Translations under genes and position numbers: made by a program | The notes under the pieces: model-generated | Told to the model about the DNA's origin: nothing | Databases searched by the model: none | The model's input: the letters and a program-made list of their open reading frames with translations, nothing else | NCBI GenBank assembly: GCA_951406725.2 | Contig: OX597814.1 | Coordinates: forward strand, 198,400,001-198,464,000 | Origin: Octopus vulgaris | Taxonomy: Eukaryota | DNA: 64,000 bases | Reading direction: 5' to 3' | Shown here: piece by piece, positions 56,700-64,000 of the stretch | Layout: the number at the start of each line of letters is the position of its first letter | Position numbering within the stretch: the stretch's first letter is position 1

Positions 56700-57491
56700 T
56701 AGCCGGATTACTACCTCCCACTTTGAAGGGCATGCGTCTGAAATCCAGAAACAAGAAATACCAACCAAATACCTGATGCACAAAAGGAAAAGAGACGCAG
56801 GGAAAGCAGTGAAATGTGACAACTGATACAGACTTTGTGGAGTTAACGCCGAAGACATCGCCCACGTCATAAGTAGTTGTGCGAAAATGTCATCACGGTG
56901 TTATCTACCGATGAGACATGACGGTGTAGCTAAGACACTCTATAATGAAATCTGCCGGAAGGATAATCCCGAGGACAAAGAAATAAAAACACACAACATG
57001 ATAGAAGCCATAGCCACTCATAATGAAAAGGAACACTGGTGGAATGTACCAGTGAAGACCTCAGTAAGATGTAAGCACAACAGATCTGATATAATGATTT
57101 GGGATGGAGAAGTGAAACAGTACACAATTGTGGAAATTAGCTGCTCAATGGATGTTGACATAAAGCTGAAGGTCAGTGAAAAAGAGAACACTTATGCTGA
57201 ACTATTGAGAAATCTGCCGTCACTCTATCCAGATTATAAGTTCAGGTTTATACCTGTAATTATTGGAACCCTGAGATACACACTGTCAGAAAGGCGAAAG
57301 CTAATTCGAAGACTACAGATGCAAGCCATCACTGGAACTGTAAAAATCTGTAAAACTTTCCAGAAGTTTATCATTTAATTATATATGAACATGACTAGAT
57401 ATGTAACTCTATGCATGAGAATGCATACATAAAACATACAAATCTATACATACATACATACATACATACATACATACATACATACATACAT

Positions 57492-57526
<35 letters not shown>

Positions 57527-57680
57527 TACATACATACGTACTCGTACATACATACATACTCGTACATACGAACATACAAACAAAAATACCCTGTTGTTGA
57601 CGTAGGGAATGAAGGAGCCTTGGATCTAGGTTAGAAACCTTCATCTATTGGCAAGACATCTTGAAATAAAACTGAACAAT
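56700..57680 (+). pseudogene. R4/Dong-type LINE 3' part: CCHC knuckle, RLE and 3' UTR
   Basis: QEIPTKY..RLCGVNAEDIAHVISSC..MRHDGVAK..WWNVPVKT..KHNRSDIMIWD..IVEISC..EKENTY..FIPVIIGTL; stop at 57378. Confidence 0.9.
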
Positions 57681-57744
57681 GACACACATACATGCATGCA
57701 TACTTACACACCTGCATGCATACACGTATACATAAATACATACA

Positions 57745-58045
57745 TATCCGGATTACAGATTTATATCTATATCATACATATCCGGATTATAAATTTATAT
57801 TTATATATATTGGAGCGCTTGGTTTTGTAAGTAAATGCTTAACTATCAGTCTGGATAAGATTGGATTTTCAGGAAAAGAAATCAACCTACTGAATCCCAC
57901 ATTACAAATAAATCTGTAAGTGGAACAGTAAAGCTATGCAAGACTTCTCTCAGATTTAAAATGTAATATTGTTTCCGTTATCTGCATTTCAACGATGAAG
58001 CTTTGTATCTTTGTTAGAAACCAGCTCCTTCTTCAGAGGAAGAAT
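57745..58045 (+). mobile_element. Second RLE LINE 3' fragment
   Basis: YPDYKFIFIYIGALGFVSKCL..LDKIGFS..SGTVKLCKT, paralogous to the upstream copy. Confidence 0.7.
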
Positions 58046-58050
58046 TTAAA

Positions 58051-58451
58051 TCTATACATATAAAGCTGAAGTTGTCTATGTGTGTGTGACAGGTTTGGTA
58101 GCCTTCAACTAACACTATCTCCTCCGAGACCCTGCGGCGCAAGTTGACCAAAATTGAGAGTATGATAGAAGAAGGCTTGCTCTTCAATTCCATAGAATAA
58201 AAAATTCAAATCAGTCCATGTTAAAACCAAAGATTATTTACATCAAAAAGGTGCTTTTTTTTCTATGAAAATCCGTATTTTTTACGATTTTTTGACTGCT
58301 GTGTCACCATTTTTCGGTGTATTTCAACCAGAAAAATGTTCACTTAAAGGGAATAACATAATGCAAAACTTTTACTTAACGCGACATCAATGTCTGCCGT
58401 TTTAAGTGTGACTAAAAAACAAATCTGAGCAACGCCGGGCTATACTGCTAG
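58051..58451 (+). mobile_element. Non-autonomous Helitron
   Basis: A|TC start and GAGCAACGCCGGGCTATACTGCTAG|T end; homologous to 18670-19059. Confidence 0.88.
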
Positions 58452-58709
58452 TGATTAAATAAAGAAGACAAATATATATACATAAATACATATGTAATAT
58501 ATAGATGAACACATATCTATATATGTATGTATATGTCTGTATGTATACGCCCCAGTATGGCCACAGCCTTTGGGCTGAAACGTATATAAGAGTAAAAGAA
58601 TGTGTACATATACATACACACACATATATGGATATCTATTATGTAAACGAGAAATAAATAATAAGGGTAGCTTGTTCGCAATTTTACAACCGAATGGCAG
58701 AATCACATA

Positions 58710-58926
58710 CTCTTACTCTCTTTTACTCTTTTACTTGTTTCAGTCATTTGACTGTAGCCATGCAGGAGCACCGCCTTTAGTCGAGCAAATCGACCCCAGG
58801 ACTTATTCTTTGTAAGCCTAGTACTTATACTATCGGTCTATTTTTGCCGAACTGCTAAGTTACGAGGACGTAAACACACCATCATCGGTTGTCAAGCGAC
58901 TTTGGGGGACAAACACAGACACATAA

Positions 58927-59006
<80 letters not shown>

Positions 59007-59158
59007 CGGGCTTCTTTCAGTTTCCATCTACCAAATCAACTCACAAGGCTTTGGTCGGCCCGAGGCTATAGCAGAAAACACTTGCCCAAGGTGCCATACA
59101 GTGGGAATGAACCCGGAACCATGTGGTTGGCAAGCAAGTTACTTACCATGCAGCCACT
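58710..59158 (-). mobile_element. SINE family A, near full length
   Basis: Matches the family. Confidence 0.9.
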
Positions 59159-60093
59159 CTGTATTTGTATTATCTTATGCATTGTTTTCGTTTTGTTTAA
59201 AACTCCATCGTCTAATGGTTATTTTCATTTATATCACAACTGTTACGCACAGATCCTGTTTTCTGATTGGGTAAAAATGATCAACCTTTAGAATAAGTAC
59301 TAGGCTTACAAAGAATAAGTCCTGGGGTCGATTTGCTCGTCAAAAGGCGGTGCTCCAGCATGGGTGCAGTCAAATGGCTGAAACAAATAAAAGAAAAGAA
59401 AAAAGAAAACAAAAAAGAGTAAATATATATATATAAATGCATACACGCGTGCGTGTATATGTGGTTGTGAGCGTGCTGAATCGATGGTATTATTGTAAGA
59501 AGATACCTGGAGCTGGTTGATTACAACAGACAGACAACATAAAAGAATAATAGTACGAGAAGAGAAGACGATATGGATATTCACTGGCTGCTTTCAAAGT
59601 GTCTGCTTGCTTCCGATAATCTATATGTACACGAGGGTCATTTTATGCCTCACAGTAGTAGAAACCAAACGACTGTAGTGTGGATATCGAACTGGTCTCG
59701 GCTTCTAATAAGCTGCAGGTGTTTTGTTGCGAGTTTGAACAGTGTAGTCGATTCTACACGTCCCAGTTTAATTAAGTGACGTGCGTAATTATTAGAATCT
59801 ATGAGTTCGTTACTAGAGGCTGTCTTTCTCTAGGAAGTATTTATTTCTTAACTATTTTTAGTGACATATGTGTTGCAAAAAATATGCAAAAATGCTAAGC
59901 ATTAGTACTTGTAACTCCGTTCAGTATTAGAAGACAGTGAACTACGTTTTGTGGTGTCGTTTCATTCCATTTCATTTTTTTTTTACCATGGTTACCCACT
60001 GAAAGTTCGCATAGCTGAAACTGGTATTGATATGCTTACGTCACCGTAACTTAGCAGCTCGGCTTAAGAGATCAATAGAATATATATATATAT

Positions 60094-60272
60094 AGTTCAA
60101 ATTTATAGAAAAGCAAAAGACGAAGACAGGTGTAGGAACAACAAGCAGGTGCATTAGTTTAATGCTTGGAAAAAATAGAAAAGTCTTTTATGTTTCGAGC
60201 CTACGCTCTTCAGCAGAAAGTAATAAGAGGAAAAAGGGGAGAGAGAAAAATTGTATAGTATTCAGCGGTTCA
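60094..60272 (-). mobile_element. Short PLE-like terminus with a variant HHR
   Basis: cttt-CTGCTGA-a-gagc(gtag)gctc-GAAACATA-aaag, lying between (TA)n and (CA)n. Confidence 0.68.
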
Positions 60273-60292
60273 ACACACACACACACGCACAC

Positions 60293-60382
<90 letters not shown>

Positions 60383-60829
60383 CATATATAACATTTTGAA
60401 GTCCTTCAGAAGGGCATAAAAACTGCCTATTAGAGAAGAAAAATCTGCACTGAAGTAAACAATATTTTAATAAATGAATTATCTTTTCAATATTCTAATA
60501 AATTAATTATTCTTTTTGATATTATCATAAATTAATTATGATTTCTTATCATAAAAGAAAATACAACTTGGTAAGAGGATAATTTAGGATAATCATTAAG
60601 TAGTTCTATTGATTTAAGTATTGCTGTTCGATTTCGATAGAAGCTGCCCTTGTACGTCAGAACAAAATCACTGTTTAAGAAAAAAGTAAATGCAGTAATC
60701 CCTCGCTATATTGCAGTTCACCTAACGCGGTTCATTATTTAAGCTTACGTCGATTCCTCTGTGGTGTTTTGCATTTATAATAAAATAAATATATACAAAT
60801 TATAAAAATTATTAAAAAATATATACAGT

Positions 60830-61245
60830 GCAGGAATGGCTGTGTGGTAAGTAGCTTGCTTACCAACCACATGGTTCCGAGTTCAGTCCCACTGCGTGGC
60901 ATCTTGGTCAAGTGTCTTCTGCTATAGCCCCGGGCCGACCAATGCCTTGTGAGTGGATTTGGTAGACGGAAACTGAAAGAAGCCTGTCGTATATATGTAT
61001 ATATATATATGTATGTGTGTGTATATGTTTGTGTGTCTGTGTTTGTCCCCCCGAGCATTGCTTGACAACCGATGCTGGTGTGTTTATGTCCCCGTTACTT
61101 AGCAGTTCGGCAAAAAGAGACCGATAGAATAAGTACTGGGCTTACAAAGAATAAGTCCCGGGGTCGATTTGCTCGACTAAAGGCGGTGCTCCAGCATGGC
61201 CGCAGTCAAATGACTGAAACAAGTAAAAGAGTAAAAGAGAGAGAG
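60830..61245 (+). mobile_element. SINE family A, full length
   Basis: Head to tail; AGTGCAG occurs at both ends. Confidence 0.92.
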
Positions 61246-61652
61246 TGCAGCACTGTTTCTACTTCGCGGATTTTCACCTATCGCGATAGTCGAGAGATTA
61301 CTGTACGCGTTTGTGTTATTGCATTCTGATTTTTATCTTTTATCGTGTTTTTAGTCATGGAACAGCGATCATGCTGGAGCACCGCCGTGAAGGATTCAGT
61401 CATACAAATCGACTTCAGTACTTATTTTCAAGCACAATACCTATTCTATCGGTTTCTTTTCTCGAACCGCTAAATTACGGGACGTAAACAAACCGACACA
61501 GATTATGAGTAGGGTGGAAAACACAAACACAAAGACACACACATAGATATATACATACATGATGAGTATCCACTCATGACCGAGGAAGACTGTCACGGGC
61601 CATACATAAACACATACATACATACGTACATACATACAAATGTACATACATG

Positions 61653-61710
61653 ATCAGTCACCACTGACGATGTGTACGGTATAGACGAAACTAGGCCTAG
61701 TCTGATTGAT
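61653..61710 (+). ncRNA. Hammerhead ribozyme motif
   Basis: atcagtcacca-CTGACGA-tgtgtacggtatagac-GAAAC-taggccta-GTC-tgattgat. Stem III is palindromic and stem II imperfect. Confidence 0.72.
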
Positions 61711-61948
61711 TCACGAAACAGTTATGGAATGGTTATCTCTCCTATCAGGAAATGTATTTATCTGTGCTCCTCTTACAGCATTAAGGGTATTTAGCAATGT
61801 AGGTGCTCCGGCACCCTTAGTCATACTCAGTGAAGATTGAAGTTTTTCTTTATGGTATCACATTGCGCTTAGCTGTTTATATTAATTTTTACTACATACT
61901 TGCATATATATATATATATATATATAAATATATATACATATATATATA

Positions 61949-62106
61949 GGCGTAGGAATGGCTGTGTGGTAAGTAGCTTGCTTACCAACTACATGGTTCC
62001 GGGTTCATTCCCACTGCGTGGGACCTTGGGCAAGTGTCTTCTACTATAGCCTCGGACCGACCAAAGCCTTGTGGATTTGGTGGACGGAAACTGAAAGAAG
62101 CCCGTC

Positions 62107-62182
<76 letters not shown>

Positions 62183-62375
62183 ATTTGTGTGTCTGTGTTT
62201 GTTCCCCCAAAATCACTTGACAACGGTTGGTGGTGTGTTTAGCGGTTCTGCAAAAGACACCGATAGAATAAGTACTAGGCTTACAAAGAATAAGTCCTGG
62301 GGTCGATTTACTCGAGTAAAGGTGGTGCTCCGGCATGGCCACAGTCAAATGACTGAAACAAGTAAAAGAATAAAA

Positions 62376-62378
<3 letters not shown>
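61949..62378 (+). mobile_element. SINE family A, full length
   Basis: Head to tail; a diverged minus-strand head follows at 62490-62652. Confidence 0.9.
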
Positions 62379-62412
<34 letters not shown>

Positions 62413-62729
62413 AACATACACGCGCGTGCACACGCACACCCCGAATACACACGCACACCCCGAATACACACGCACACATATATATACCAGACGGATTCCT
62501 TTCAGTTTCCGTGTATCAAATCTACTCACAGGGCTTTGGTTGGTTCGGGGCCAAAGTAGAAGACAGTTGCCCAGCGTACCGTGCAGTGAGACTGAACTAG
62601 AACCCATATTGTAGGTGAACAATCTCCTAGACACACAGCCATGCCTGCGCCTATACCTCACGAGATAGAAATAAAACAATGTGAATTTTATTAAGTGAAT
62701 TAACACTATTAATGTAATTTGAAGTGCCT

Positions 62730-63506
62730 TGAAGATATGGAATTTTCTAGAACAGTACTTGTTTTTTTCTAGCTCGGAGGTGAGAAAACTAATAAGGAGA
62801 GTACAGGAGTCGGTCGAAAAAGCCAGCTTCTATATATGGCTGAAGCGGGAAGACCAAAAATGGCTTGAAAGTCATAACATGCCGGAAAGAAAATAACATC
62901 ACTTGGTGAGACAAGCTGACACTGAATTAGCTTCGCTGATTGACAGGCGACGGTCTCGTTTAGAGAATGCGTGGGCTAAGACTACGCGCCTTCATTGGTC
63001 AGTTAAAGTTGAGACAGTGTCACGTGGCAACTTGCTGGGTGGCAACTAGCAGTAGGTATTTAAAGGGAAAAAATATGACAAGACAGTCAGTCTCCCGCTG
63101 ACACTCGTTGACGCTCCATCGAAGAGGCTAGGGAACAGAAGAAAGAAGAAGAAAGAAGACATGCACCAAACACCAGAGCTGAACACACCTCCGAAAGCGG
63201 GTAGGGCCTGCCACGTCATAACGGTAGAGGAGTAGGGGCCGAAACCGGACGTGGTTCTTCCTGATGATGTCTTGAGCTAACTGGATCCTATAAAGGAGCT
63301 GTTGTGGTAGCAGACCACGAAACACGGTTGAAATTCCTTCCTCGTTAGTATTAGCAGTAAATGTGTAGTAGATATAAGAGTTCGTACAAAGGGAGATAAT
63401 CGTTAATCTTTTACGTATGGACAATGACGTCTGATCTGTTAATGAAATACAGTTCTATATCCGTCAAACGTAAATAAAGTTAATTAAATAGTTTAAATAT
63501 ATTTCA
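62730..63506 (+). mobile_element. Possible solo LTR
   Basis: TGAAGATAT...ATATTTCA inverted ends, ATTGG at ~62994, TATTTAAA at ~63057 and AATAAA at ~63473. No TSD found. Confidence 0.4.
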
Positions 63507-63536
63507 TACGAATGTTTGTAAATTAAAGTTGTCACT

Positions 63537-64000
63537 TATTGTTGTCGTTGCTGTTGTCGCTATTGTTGCTGCTGCTTTTATTATTGTAGCTGTTGTTGGT
63601 ACTGTTAGTACCGTTGTTGTTGTTGATGCATTTGCAGCTGCAGCTACTACTGTTGCTCTTGTGGTTGCTGCTTTGTTTGTTTGTTGAGCGAAGCGGTCTC
63701 CGTCCCATGGTGGGAGAAGTCTGATATGTGGTCCTTTGCTGTTCGTAAGACCCGCAGAAGAGAAAGCAGGTCAACTCCCGACACCGAGAGCATCGACGGA
63801 TGGATGAATGCGCATCCAGGCTCAGCGGTTGCGTAGGAAGTCGGGAACAAGAAACAGGAAGAAAGAGTGAGAGAAAGTTGGAGCGAAAGAGTACAACAGG
63901 GGTCGCCACCACCACCTGCCGGAGCCTTGTGGAGCTTTTAAGTGCTTTCGCTCAATAAACACACACAACGCCCGGACTGGGAATCGAAACCGCGATCCTC
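63537..64000 (-). mobile_element. SINE family C with type-2 tail and long (CAA/CAG)n 3' repeat, cut by the window end
   Basis: Body matches 13502-13862. Confidence 0.9.

Overview
AT-rich, microsatellite-dense eukaryotic DNA with no securely identifiable host gene. The SINE families match ones I recall from octopus genomes, so a cephalopod intronic or intergenic origin is inferred. Nearly all ORF-track entries are artefacts of simple repeats or SINEs. The window holds dozens of tRNA-derived SINE copies from at least four families, some nested or multimeric. It also has four non-autonomous Helitrons and a decayed Helitron PIF1 helicase, two mariner remnants, several MITEs, R4/Dong-type LINE 3' remnants and two Penelope-like (PLE) GIY-YIG endonuclease remnants. 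The most striking signal is roughly 15 sequence-diverse hammerhead-ribozyme (HHR) motifs, ranging from canonical to decayed. They lie in short non-coding elements that often abut (TA)n tracts, and several are folded back into long inverted repeats. All motifs and pairings were read by eye, and element boundaries are approximate unless a target-site duplication (TSD) is given.
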